Source: a virus. From it: 64,000 nucleotides of DNA. Position 1 is the first letter of the stretch. Every line of letters starts with the position of its first letter. The DNA lies in IMG/VR virus record IMGVR_UViG_3300043823_000198, positions 1 through 64,000 of that record. The stretch is one strand, 5' to 3'. A program made the translations under genes and the position numbers. The notes below the pieces were generated by a model that saw only the letters and a program-made list of their open reading frames with translations, did no database searches and was not told the DNA's origin. This document shows positions 8,937 to 17,260 of the stretch, in pieces.

Positions 8937-9440
8937 ATGACAAGTGCTGAATATTCAAAAGAATGGCGAGATAATAATCGGGAAAGGGTCGCTGAATATG
9001 AAAAGAGACGATACTTAAAAGCACAGACAGATCCATCTATATTTTTGACGGAAATTTATCGCTCTTGTAAGAGAAGCGCACTTAAACGTAAAATAGAATT
9101 TAACATTACAAAAGAATATGTGCGTGAGCTGTTGAAAGAGAGTAAAGGAAAATGCCAAATGAGTGGGGTTACGCTGTCAATGAAACGGAACGATATTAAC
9201 AGAGCATCAATAGACAGGATTGATTCAATGAAAGGATATATCAAGGGTAATCTTCAGATTGTAACAGCTCAGGTTAACCTCGGTATGAATGCGTTCAAAA
9301 AGGAAGATTTCATCCGTATGTGCAGGGCTGTTGTTGAGAAACACAAAGGATCTTTGTATGAGTACGAACTCTCTGACACGACTGAAAAATGTGAGGAAAT
9401 GATCCTTTTTGGGGCTGGAATAGAAGATTTTGTAGAATAA
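8937..9440 (+). CDS. HNH / His-Cys-box-like endonuclease
   Basis: KCQMSG ... ASIDRIDSMKGYIKGNLQIV ... VNL, typical of phage free-standing endonucleases. Confidence 0.7.
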   Translation: MTSAEYSKEWRDNNRERVAEYEKRRYLKAQTDPSIFLTEIYRSCKRSALKRKIEFNITKEYVRELLKESKGKCQMSGVTLSMKRNDINRASIDRIDSMKGYIKGNLQIVTAQVNLGMNAFKKEDFIRMCRAVVEKHKGSLYEYELSDTTEKCEEMILFGAGIEDFVE

Positions 9441-9571
9441 CCCTACAATCTCAGGGGTTATTCTGCTCTGTAAGTCGTTGATTTATAATGGTTTTTTCCG
9501 AGAGAGAAAGTGCTTTACATTTACCACAATTCTAGTATAATTACTCTATTGATTTGAAAAAGGACTATATT
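9434..9571 (+). promoter_or_regulatory. Palindrome + IHF-consensus site + early promoter cassette, copy 2
   Basis: AGAATAACCCT-acaatctca-GGGGTTATTCT; 9471-9483 reads AATCAAcgacTTA on the minus strand; TTTACA(9514)-N16-TATAAT. Confidence 0.75.
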
Positions 9572-10462
9572 ATGAAAACAGAAATCCGCTTTAACCCCTC
9601 TACTGGTAAATACGAAGGTTATTTTAATGGTTCTCTCGTTAAACGTACCCAGGATAAAAAATTCCTAGAGAAAATGCTGGCTAATCTAGAACGTGATGCT
9701 CAGACAGCTACCTCCTCTGTTAAGAATAACCAGTTTGATATTAACACTCGCTTTGGTTTTGTAGAGAAACTTGTGACAATGGTGGCTAATGGTGTTCAGC
9801 CCTCCGCTGTTATCACTGGTGAAGGTGGTCTGGGTAAAACTTATACTGTTACCAAAACTCTTGAGTCTCATGGCTACCGAGATATCTCTGATCTGGCTGA
9901 TTTTCAAGTCGGTGAAGTTATTAATGGTCGTAAGTGCTTTACCTTTGTTAAGGGTTATTCAACAGCCAAGGGTTTATACCGTACTCTTTTCGAAAACAAT
10001 AAGTCAATTATTGTTTTTGATGACTGTGACGCTGTTCTCAAGGATCCAGTTGCCCTGAATATTCTGAAAGGTGCGCTTGACTCATACGGTAAACGTATTA
10101 TCTCCTGGAATGCTGATATGCGTGATGAGGATTTACCTAAGTCTTTCAATTTTGAAGGTCGTGTGATCTTTATCTCTAATTTGAGCCAAGATTCTATTGA
10201 TCAGGCGATTCGCTCTCGTTCAATGATGATTGACCTTTCTATGACTGTTGATCAAAAGATTGACCGTATGGAATATATTTCCAAGATCCCTGAGTTTCTC
10301 CCTGAGTATGATGCCTCTGTTAAATCTGATGCGCTTGCTCTTATCCGTGCTATTAAGAACGATGTGAAAGAAATTTCTCTCCGTACCCTTATCGCTGTTA
10401 GCAAGGTTCGTGCTTCCAATAAAGAATGGAAAGACCTTGCAACTTATATGTTGACCGCTTAA
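9572..10462 (+). CDS. AAA+/P-loop ATPase
   Basis: Walker A GEGGLGKT, Walker B IIVFDDCD, sensor FISN, Arg finger RSR; start placed at the ATG after AAGGA. Confidence 0.8.
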   Translation: MKTEIRFNPSTGKYEGYFNGSLVKRTQDKKFLEKMLANLERDAQTATSSVKNNQFDINTRFGFVEKLVTMVANGVQPSAVITGEGGLGKTYTVTKTLESHGYRDISDLADFQVGEVINGRKCFTFVKGYSTAKGLYRTLFENNKSIIVFDDCDAVLKDPVALNILKGALDSYGKRIISWNADMRDEDLPKSFNFEGRVIFISNLSQDSIDQAIRSRSMMIDLSMTVDQKIDRMEYISKIPEFLPEYDASVKSDALALIRAIKNDVKEISLRTLIAVSKVRASNKEWKDLATYMLTA

Positions 10463-10475
10463 TAAGGAGATTGAT

Positions 10476-10832
10476 ATGAGTCTATATAATATGTTATTTG
10501 GTGAAGGTGATAGTTCTGCCTTCCTATTGGGTTTGCTTGGCAAGAATAGTGGCGACTTTGGTCGCTATCGTGATATCTATGTGACTGATGACCATATTGT
10601 TGTTCACACTCGCAATGGTGGTGGTAATCGTGAAGATTACGAGGATGTATTTGAAGAGATGGGAGATCACCCTCTCTACTCACACGATGAGGATGATGAC
10701 TTCGATTGCACTTACGCAAACATCTACTTCAAGCACCCACCTGAGTACAGTGAATTGTTGAAGGAAATGGCAAAGGGTACAGTTACTCCTGCCGATAAGT
10801 GGAAAATGTTGTTTGAAGCATTGGAGAAATAA
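10476..10832 (+). CDS. Hypothetical phage protein
   Basis: TAAGGAG RBS; GRYRD..HTRNGGGNRE..DDDFDCTYA. Confidence 0.75.
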   Translation: MSLYNMLFGEGDSSAFLLGLLGKNSGDFGRYRDIYVTDDHIVVHTRNGGGNREDYEDVFEEMGDHPLYSHDEDDDFDCTYANIYFKHPPEYSELLKEMAKGTVTPADKWKMLFEALEK

Positions 10833-11029
10833 TGGGACGCATGAAAGAAACCTATGAGTTGGAAGAACAGAATGACCTCAGAATACTGGACATGTACAAT
10901 GAGGGTTTGAAACCAACCAGCATTGCAGCTGTTCTAAGAATACCACTGATCAATGTATATGAAGTAATAGAACAGAATTTTGACTTCTCCAATCCGGAAA
11001 TTGTCCAATACGATGAGGATGAACTATGA
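10832..11029 (+). CDS. Small HTH-like hypothetical protein
   Basis: GLKPTSIAAVLRIPLINVYEVI resembles a helix-turn-helix. Confidence 0.5.
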   Translation: MGRMKETYELEEQNDLRILDMYNEGLKPTSIAAVLRIPLINVYEVIEQNFDFSNPEIVQYDEDEL

Positions 11030-11529
11030 ACCTAATGACTCTACGAGAATTTGCGGCACACAAGGACGGAACCTATGTGTCAATGGACCTGGATGAACAG
11101 TCCCGAGCGTTGCTTGATAATTTTGTTGAGATGAACCTTGGGTTAACAGAGCGTGTTGATCCGAGCACATATCACATTACTATTATCTACTCACGAACAC
11201 CTGTTCCAAGCGCAGAACATCATGTGGGATATGGTAGCGAACAACCAGCAAAGGTTACAGGCTACGAAGTATTCCCAACCAAGAATGACGGCAAGTGTCT
11301 AGTAATGCGCTTACAGTTCCCTTTTGCTGAATTGTTGAACAAGCAATTGACCGCTGAGGGAGCGACCAGCGACTATGACGAATACAAACCACATCTAACT
11401 CTTGCATATGATATTACTGAGGAGATTGACCCTGAGACCCTACCAATCCCAAAATTTTTCCTGACGTTTGATTCAGTGAAAGTTGCACCACTAGATCCAC
11501 AATACACACCAGCAAACAAATGGAAATAG
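11026..11529 (+). CDS. acb1: 2H phosphoesterase, T4 gp57B / anti-CBASS Acb1 homologue
   Basis: HITIIYSR and GATSDYDEYKPHLTLAY parallel T4 57B HSTICYSR and GATHDFDDYTPHITLSY (recalled). Confidence 0.8.
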   Translation: MNLMTLREFAAHKDGTYVSMDLDEQSRALLDNFVEMNLGLTERVDPSTYHITIIYSRTPVPSAEHHVGYGSEQPAKVTGYEVFPTKNDGKCLVMRLQFPFAELLNKQLTAEGATSDYDEYKPHLTLAYDITEEIDPETLPIPKFFLTFDSVKVAPLDPQYTPANKWK

Positions 11530-11744
11530 AACAATATACAAAACAGGTAATAGAACGTGCAAAGCAATTGCAACAATTCACGGTACATGTACCAGTAAAG
11601 AAAGGATGGCTACCAAACGGCAGCATCCCCTATGATCTAATGGTAATTAAAAACACTGCTCACATTAGAGTTTACGACATAAGTGAGCAGGCTGCAATAA
11701 AACAAGTACAACGATGGATGGAGTCAATGGATGAAGACCAGTGA
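11520..11744 (+). CDS. Hypothetical protein
   Basis: 74 aa ORF within the operon. Confidence 0.6.
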   Translation: MEIEQYTKQVIERAKQLQQFTVHVPVKKGWLPNGSIPYDLMVIKNTAHIRVYDISEQAAIKQVQRWMESMDEDQ

Positions 11745-11931
11745 AAATGAATCGTTACCACTTTACAGTGTCTACGATCCAAACGGAAAACCCTACCTCT
11801 CGGTCATTCCTGATGCCAATACAGTTCGAATTCAATTGCATGAATATGATCAGTATATGCGTCCTGTGTTCCTGACATTGGATCGAAGGTCAATTCCTGA
11901 ATTGATCAAAGCATTGGAGAATATAGAATGA
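11731..11931 (+). CDS. Hypothetical protein
   Basis: GGAG RBS, 66 aa. Confidence 0.6.
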   Translation: MKTSENESLPLYSVYDPNGKPYLSVIPDANTVRIQLHEYDQYMRPVFLTLDRRSIPELIKALENIE

Positions 11932-12178
11932 ATTGGCTACCGATTCTTGCAATTATATTGATTTTGCTATACGAAATAATCCATAAACTATGATTACTGA
12001 AAAGGGAACGAACATGTTTAAAGATCTAATAGAATCAAAAGCAATCTATTATTTTGCAGCAGTGGCAGTTCTAGTGGTAATTGGAACTGTTATTGATTAC
12101 CAAAATTGGAATGAGTGCCGATCACATGGGTTCTCTGTTTTATTCTGCCTGTCATTGTAAATACTATTGGACTAAAGA

Positions 12179-12397
12179 ATGAAGTATTATCAGATTACCT
12201 TTCCAGGTGAATTTGGTCAGGACGTAGTGGAGACTTGGAGCGAGGAACAGATTCTCAACTCTTACTATCTTTACTGGACTGGTAAGATGATTCAAAACGT
12301 GGATAATCCTGATCTTGACCCCATGAATTGTATTGAAGATTGGTGCATCACACATTGGGCCATGGAAGTACCGACACCTGAATGGAAGAATATATGA
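12179..12397 (+). CDS. Hypothetical protein
   Basis: ETWSEEQIL..Y..YW..KM..CIEDW..HWA. Confidence 0.65.
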   Translation: MKYYQITFPGEFGQDVVETWSEEQILNSYYLYWTGKMIQNVDNPDLDPMNCIEDWCITHWAMEVPTPEWKNI

Positions 12398-12582
12398 ACG
12401 AACGAATTATAGAATTAGCCAAGCAGTCACTTAAAGACCCTGATGATGATAATGATGGTCTTATGGTTTTTGACCATGATGAATTGAAAAAGTTCGCTGA
12501 GTTAATTATCAGAGAATGTGCTGGTCAATGTCTTAGTGATGACTGTATGCGAATCTTAAATCGCTTTGGGATTGAACACTAG
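12394..12582 (+). CDS. MNERI-family small protein, copy 1
   Basis: MNERIIELAKQ...KFAELIIRECAGQCLSDDCMRILNRFG; paralogue of the ORFs at 16699 and 17260. Confidence 0.7.
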   Translation: MNERIIELAKQSLKDPDDDNDGLMVFDHDELKKFAELIIRECAGQCLSDDCMRILNRFGIEH

Positions 12583-12715
12583 GAATACCATATGGGAACA
12601 GCTAAGTATCATGATACAAAGATCTATCATAATCTTAAACCATGGGATGTAAATAGAACCGATATAAACTCCTGGGAAGATAGACGTCAGGATAAAGAAC
12701 TGGAAAGGCTGGAAA

Positions 12716-12925
12716 TTGCAAAGAAACCTAAGAGACGGAAGAAAGGTAAACGAACTGGATAGTCCAGTGACTCTGACCGTATATACAAAATGTCCAAGAA
12801 AGTGGATACTTGTGGACCAGGAAACTGGCGTTGGATATGAAGGATATGAGACAGATGGTAAGAACAGTTGGCGTTATTTAGGCATGGTGCAGGTAGTGAT
12901 CGCGGACGCTGAAAATGAGGACTAA
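12716..12925 (+). CDS. Hypothetical protein
   Basis: TKCP.KW.LVD.ETG..Y.G motif. Confidence 0.6.
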   Translation: MQRNLRDGRKVNELDSPVTLTVYTKCPRKWILVDQETGVGYEGYETDGKNSWRYLGMVQVVIADAENED

Positions 12926-12951
12926 TGTTAGTGCTTTTGGCCACACTAAAT

Positions 12952-13260
12952 ATGGACACAAATAAACCCCCAAGAAATTCCGACAGGTATAAAACCAAGT
13001 CATGCCCCACGTGCGGTAAAGAGCATAAAAAGCGTGGACCATACTGTTCACGTAGCTGTGGCAACCATCGCACATTTACTGATACGCAAAAGGCAGTACT
13101 GGCAGTAAAACTCAAAGAAAAAGTTGAGACTGACTATGACTTTCGCGAAAAAGCCATGGCTGCAATCAAACCAGATATACCAATTCCACCATTATCGGAA
13201 CCAATACTTGGCACAAATCAGTTCGTGCAAGATGGTGACCTATGGACACTGGATGAGTAA
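12952..13260 (+). CDS. Zinc-finger-containing hypothetical protein
   Basis: CPTCGKEHKKRGPYCSRSC; start codon uncertain. Confidence 0.6.
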   Translation: MDTNKPPRNSDRYKTKSCPTCGKEHKKRGPYCSRSCGNHRTFTDTQKAVLAVKLKEKVETDYDFREKAMAAIKPDIPIPPLSEPILGTNQFVQDGDLWTLDE

Positions 13261-13267
13261 AATAAAT

Positions 13268-13296
13268 TTGACATTGCAGAGGACTTCTAGTATAAT
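13268..13296 (+). promoter_or_regulatory. Consensus sigma70 promoter
   Basis: TTGACA-N17-TATAAT. Confidence 0.75.
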
Positions 13297-13402
13297 AACC
13301 ATGTTGGGTTTAATGTAATAGATTGGTTTTCAGTTTCCATACAGACTCAAATGAAGCCATTAATTCATATAATACAGCTTAACAGACTTCTTAAAGACCA
13401 TT

Positions 13403-13462
13403 AATAATACCCTTACAGTTTACAGGGTTATCCCTTTACATTATTACAGAATACGGTAAAAT
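13403..13462 (+). promoter_or_regulatory. Palindrome + promoter cassette, copy 3 (degenerate)
   Basis: ATACCCT-N10-AGGGTTAT; TTTACA(13435)-N16-TAAAAT. Confidence 0.6.
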
Positions 13463-13482
13463 AATGATTTTAGGAGATAAAA

Positions 13483-13632
13483 ATGTTTGAAGTTAAATTA
13501 AATAAAGAAAAATTCTATTTTTTAACCTTTTCTGAAATTAACGATTTTTTTAGTGAGGTTATTATGGCCGAGGGCGCTGATTCTGCTAAAATAACTATAA
13601 AAATGGTCGAATTAAAACCCGAACTCCTATAA
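13483..13632 (+). CDS. Hypothetical protein (49 aa), absent from ORF track
   Basis: AGGAG RBS; MFEVKLNKEKFYFLTF...; stop lies in the next palindrome. Confidence 0.6.
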   Translation: MFEVKLNKEKFYFLTFSEINDFFSEVIMAEGADSAKITIKMVELKPELL

Positions 13633-13722
13633 CCCTACCGAGTCTAGGGTTATTAAAATAACCCTTTACATTAATACAAAAATAGGTATAATTACTCTAT
13701 AGTTTGAAGAAAAGGATTTGAA
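13629..13722 (+). promoter_or_regulatory. Palindrome + early promoter + leader cassette, copy 4
   Basis: ATAACCCT-accgagtct-AGGGTTATT; 13664-13696 is identical over 33 bp to 8131-8163. Confidence 0.85.
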
Positions 13723-13909
13723 AATGGAAAAAGCACTGACCGTGGCAGAACTGATCGCTGTACTGAGCAAGATGCCAAAAGACATGACTGTGCGTATGGG
13801 CATGAACATGGAGTACGAAGCAGGTGTAAGAGCCGATATGGTTGAAGTGTTTACCACACTTGAAGGTGAGAAATTCGTCTACATCACAGACACTCCGTCC
13901 GCCGATTAA
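13718..13909 (+). CDS. Hypothetical protein
   Basis: LTVAELIAVLSKMPKDMTV N-terminal motif, common in phage small proteins. Confidence 0.7.
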   Translation: MKMEKALTVAELIAVLSKMPKDMTVRMGMNMEYEAGVRADMVEVFTTLEGEKFVYITDTPSAD

Positions 13910-13926
13910 TTTGAAAGGAATATATT

Positions 13927-14100
13927 ATGACAAACCCAATCCCTCATACTGGTCTATTTGCAAGTCCTACACTGGAACAAATTCTTGAGCAAATAGAAAC
14001 TTTACCAAAGTCTCAGCGTGCAACTGCTCATCTTGTCGCCTGTATGACAATGAATGCCTGCCATAAACTTGTTGCAGAACAAATCGAAAGCCAAAAATAA
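13927..14100 (+). CDS. Hypothetical protein (57 aa), absent from ORF track
   Basis: TTTGAAAGGAATATATTATG leader; MTNPIPHTGLFASP...MTMNACHKLV. Confidence 0.7.
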   Translation: MTNPIPHTGLFASPTLEQILEQIETLPKSQRATAHLVACMTMNACHKLVAEQIESQK

Positions 14101-14108
14101 GGTATAAT

Positions 14109-14312
14109 ATGCGGGCAATTACAGATAGAATCCGTATGGTATTATTTGGTATTTTTGTTATCATTGTTGGTTTATACAGCCCTAGAACCTGTATGAGGGC
14201 AATTGGTGAAGTTGTCGGTGATTCTGAGGAGTATAATGCCATTAAAATCCGCGAACTCGCTCGTCGTGATTACATAGAACGTTACACTGGAGCAACTCAA
14301 CGGATTGACTAA
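14109..14312 (+). CDS. Small membrane protein
   Basis: Hydrophobic stretch MVLFGIFVIIVGLY. Confidence 0.6.
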   Translation: MRAITDRIRMVLFGIFVIIVGLYSPRTCMRAIGEVVGDSEEYNAIKIRELARRDYIERYTGATQRID

Positions 14313-14405
14313 TAACCCTTCACTGTATAGGGGTATTTACATAGTGCTTGACATTTATTGCAGTTGGGGTATAATTACTCTATAGTTTGAAAAAAGGAAT
14401 ATATT
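14311..14405 (+). promoter_or_regulatory. Palindrome + early promoter + leader cassette, copy 5
   Basis: AATAACCCT-tcactgtat-AGGGGTATT; TTGACA(14348)-N16-TATAAT; TACTCTATAGTTTGAA shared with copy 4. Confidence 0.85.
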
Positions 14406-14645
14406 ATGACTGAATTTGAAAGAAATTGCTACGGTATGAGTGAAGATGATATCCGTGAGCAATATATGAATTCCATTACAGCTCAACTGTCTGGTCTAGA
14501 AATGGTTGCTATGGGTATCCTGAGTGACTGCCAAGAAATGCTGGCAATGGGTGCTGGTCCTCGCTCTGTTGAATATGTTCGTGTTCGTATGAATATCGCC
14601 AAGTTCATTCTGTCAGAGATGATGCAAAATAAAACAACTGTATAA
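14406..14645 (+). CDS. Hypothetical early protein
   Basis: AAGGA RBS; MTEFERNCYGMS..GILSDCQE..NIAKFIL. Confidence 0.75.
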   Translation: MTEFERNCYGMSEDDIREQYMNSITAQLSGLEMVAMGILSDCQEMLAMGAGPRSVEYVRVRMNIAKFILSEMMQNKTTV

Positions 14646-14654
14646 GGAGTTGCA

Positions 14655-14813
14655 ATGAAAGGATCTATTCGTGTTATCGCTGGTCTGCTTATTGTGTTCG
14701 GTGCTGCTGGTGGTCTGGATACTGCGCCTGATTGTGCGCTTTCTACTAATTTTCTTGTTGCTGTGGCTGGTCTGCTACTTATGTACTCTGGTGTGAAAGC
14801 CATGAAGGGCTGA
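14655..14813 (+). CDS. Small two-TM membrane protein (52 aa), absent from ORF track
   Basis: TAAGGAG RBS; MKGSIRVIAGLLIVFGAAGGLD...LVAVAGLLLMYSG. Confidence 0.7.
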   Translation: MKGSIRVIAGLLIVFGAAGGLDTAPDCALSTNFLVAVAGLLLMYSGVKAMKG

Positions 14814-14992
14814 GACAGGAGGGGTAGGGGTTTGCGAAATCTATATGCGATCTGGTCGGGTCCTGGCTGGACCAGGGCTATGTAAACTCACCATCATCTT
14901 TTCTTTTTACCCCGATCTAGACACCATCTTTCCCTTTTCCAATGTATACCCTGTAAAAAAATCCTGCAAAAAATTTTCACTGTAAAGGTCGT

Positions 14993-15148
14993 ATGAATAT
15001 CTACCAAATTATCAATGTTGCAATGTTTGTCGTCGTTGGAGCTGTCCTTGCATATGTTGATTGCGGCATACTGGAACGTCCATTTGTCTTTATGACTGTT
15101 ATGGTTGCGATGGTTGTTCTCTCTGTAACTACAAGGATATCGCTATGA
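14993..15148 (+). CDS. Small membrane protein (51 aa), absent from ORF track
   Basis: AAAGG RBS; two hydrophobic segments; ATGA overlap with next gene. Confidence 0.55.
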   Translation: MNIYQIINVAMFVVVGAVLAYVDCGILERPFVFMTVMVAMVVLSVTTRISL

Positions 15149-15342
15149 AAGAACTCAATTCCACTCTAAGTTATCAATTCATACAAGATCCAAGATCCAA
15201 GGAACTCAATGCCATGACGAAATTTGCAGGAAGTATGTTCACTGCCGTTGTGGATTATGCCAAGGATAATGATATATCCAAGATGACTCTGGACGATGTT
15301 TTTGACTATTGTTTCAAGATTCAGAAAGGTTCTACACTATGA
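15145..15342 (+). CDS. Hypothetical protein
   Basis: AAGGA RBS; start revised to MKELNS. Confidence 0.6.
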   Translation: MKELNSTLSYQFIQDPRSKELNAMTKFAGSMFTAVVDYAKDNDISKMTLDDVFDYCFKIQKGSTL

Positions 15343-15436
15343 GTGATGTTTTGCTTCTTGGATGTATTGTGGCTCTGTTCCTGATTTTAATGGGACATCC
15401 TATTTTGGGCTTTATTTTATTTTTATTGGTGTCAGC

Positions 15437-15775
15437 ATGAGTAATTATATTCCTGATGGTTGGGTAGTTATTAAAATTCCAAATAATGAGGGTTTCGTCT
15501 ATAAGGTATTTGCTTCATGGTACGGTGGGTATGCCAGAGGAGATTCATGGAAGGTTAACTCAGGAATTACATCGGTCACCCAGGAAGGAATGGTCTATTC
15601 CTTTTCGGGGTATTCTGGTTCGGTCTATGAGTGTCACAAAGATTCTTATGGGTTGAATTTCTATGGATCTTCAGTCCTAGAAGATATGATCGCTCGTGCA
15701 GCGGAACAGGGTGTTGAGATCGAGATTCTTCCCCAGGAAACTAATTTTATAGAGATTGATTATGGCAGGCATTGA
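15437..15775 (+). CDS. Conserved hypothetical phage protein
   Basis: PDGWVVIK..YKVFASWYGGY..GDSWKVNSGI..SGSVYEC; start revised to MSNY. Confidence 0.7.
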   Translation: MSNYIPDGWVVIKIPNNEGFVYKVFASWYGGYARGDSWKVNSGITSVTQEGMVYSFSGYSGSVYECHKDSYGLNFYGSSVLEDMIARAAEQGVEIEILPQETNFIEIDYGRH

Positions 15776-16160
15776 AAAAATTTGTGAATATTCAGGCGAT
15801 TACCCAGGAGGTAAAATGTATGGTTACAAGCGTAATCATATTCAAATTTGCCCAAAGTATCGTCCACTATTCCGTGGCGCCAATGCCCATGTTGAAATCG
15901 TTAAGGTAGAGAAACAATTCGTTTTCAAAAGTGGTGGTTATACTGATGTCAGTAATGCAGTGGATTTTGGAATGACTGGTGGTCGCATAATGAACGAATA
16001 CACCTTTAGATTAGTAGTGCAAGATCCTATACTGGCTGGTGATGTTGGTGGCGTGTATCTAAACTGGACTTTCAATCTCCGTCAAACTCTGAAACGACTT
16101 AAGCGTATGCTGAGATGCCGTAATCTGAAGGTTGTATACAAATTAGAGGATAAACAATGA
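15762..16160 (+). CDS. Hypothetical protein
   Basis: MAGIEKICEYSG..MYGYKRNHIQI. Confidence 0.65.
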   Translation: MAGIEKICEYSGDYPGGKMYGYKRNHIQICPKYRPLFRGANAHVEIVKVEKQFVFKSGGYTDVSNAVDFGMTGGRIMNEYTFRLVVQDPILAGDVGGVYLNWTFNLRQTLKRLKRMLRCRNLKVVYKLEDKQ

Positions 16161-16339
16161 ATACGATTTTAGTTTGGATTGTGGTTACAGTTGGTGGTTA
16201 CAATGGTAATGAAGTTGTATATAGCCCACCAATGCCTGATTTGGCAACTTGTGAGTTTCTTAAAAAAAGCACCAAAGAATATGCATATAGCAGTGTTAAT
16301 GCTCGTTGTGTTCAAATAAAAATGTTGGTGACAAAATGA
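16157..16339 (+). CDS. Small exported or membrane protein with two Cys
   Basis: GAGG RBS; hydrophobic N-terminus; C...C. Confidence 0.6.
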   Translation: MNTILVWIVVTVGGYNGNEVVYSPPMPDLATCEFLKKSTKEYAYSSVNARCVQIKMLVTK

Positions 16340-16474
16340 ACGATCAAGAAAAAGCCCAACAATTTGACAAGCAATTTGGCGAAATGCTCAAGCAAGTGTT
16401 TGACCGTGCGACACAAGACCGCACACCTGAACAAAAGGCTGTTCTTGAGAAACACTTTTTTCCGGAGTTAAAGA

Positions 16475-16702
16475 ATGACTAAAAAGAAACAAGCCAAAAA
16501 GTTTAACTATGCTGTAGGACATTACTGGGAAGGTGAATCTGGTGGTGTTGGTACATACTACTACGGTAGTGACATATTCTATGGTACTATGGAACAAGCA
16601 CAAAGTTTCCTGCAATACGTACTAGACATGGATATGAAAGAAAAGAAAAAAGCTGATCGCAGAGATTGGCGTATCTTTCAACTGATTGAGGTTCCAGTAT
16701 GA
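16475..16702 (+). CDS. Hypothetical protein
   Basis: GGAG RBS within the conserved junction motif. Confidence 0.65.
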   Translation: MTKKKQAKKFNYAVGHYWEGESGGVGTYYYGSDIFYGTMEQAQSFLQYVLDMDMKEKKKADRRDWRIFQLIEVPV

Positions 16703-16869
16703 ACGAACGAATTAAAGAACTTGCTAAACAATGCTGGGAAGAACGTACAGAAGGTCAACTTCATTTTGACAATGAAAAGTTCGCCGAGTTGATTGTTCGG
16801 GAGTGTGCAGGTCAATGCCTCAGTGATGACTGTATGCGAATCTTAAATCATTTCGGAGTTAAAGAATGA
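16699..16869 (+). CDS. MNERI-family small protein, copy 2 (56 aa), absent from ORF track
   Basis: MNERIKELAKQC...EKFAELIVRECAGQCLSDDCMRILNHFGVKE. Confidence 0.75.
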   Translation: MNERIKELAKQCWEERTEGQLHFDNEKFAELIVRECAGQCLSDDCMRILNHFGVKE

Positions 16870-17069
16870 CAGAATTAGAAAAGATCAGTGAAAGACTTAA
16901 AGCAATTGATGATGCAATCGTTGCGACTCAACATGCGGCAAGTATTAATCGTAAAATGAGTCATGACAAACACACTAATGGTCATTTTACAAACGCATTA
17001 CAAGAATTGAACAGTGTAAAAACTCAACTCAATAACCTTGTCAAACGAATAGAAACTGTAGGAAGATAA
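16866..17069 (+). CDS. Coiled-coil hypothetical protein
   Basis: 67 aa, heptad-like pattern. Confidence 0.6.
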   Translation: MTELEKISERLKAIDDAIVATQHAASINRKMSHDKHTNGHFTNALQELNSVKTQLNNLVKRIETVGR

Positions 17070-17260
17070 TGTATATTACCAAAGAAGAAGTCAAAAAAAT
17101 ACTGGCTGTTATGGAAGAATTTCCTGATGCCAAATCCTACATATTAAAATCAGATAGTTCTAGTGGTATTGGCAGTATTTTAACTATCACAATGGACATG
17201 GTTATTAATGGTAGAAATGCCATGGTTCGTGTTGATATTTCTGGTGTGGAGAATTGGTAA
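17069..17260 (+). CDS. Hypothetical protein
   Basis: DSSSGIGS...ISGVENW. Confidence 0.65.
   Translation: MYITKEEVKKILAVMEEFPDAKSYILKSDSSSGIGSILTITMDMVINGRNAMVRVDISGVENW

Noticed and set aside
8095-14400. CRISPR array or integron attC array
   Set aside because: The repeats are separated by whole genes rather than 30-40 nt spacers, lack attC RYYYAAC/GTTRRRY ends, and no cas or integrase gene is in the window
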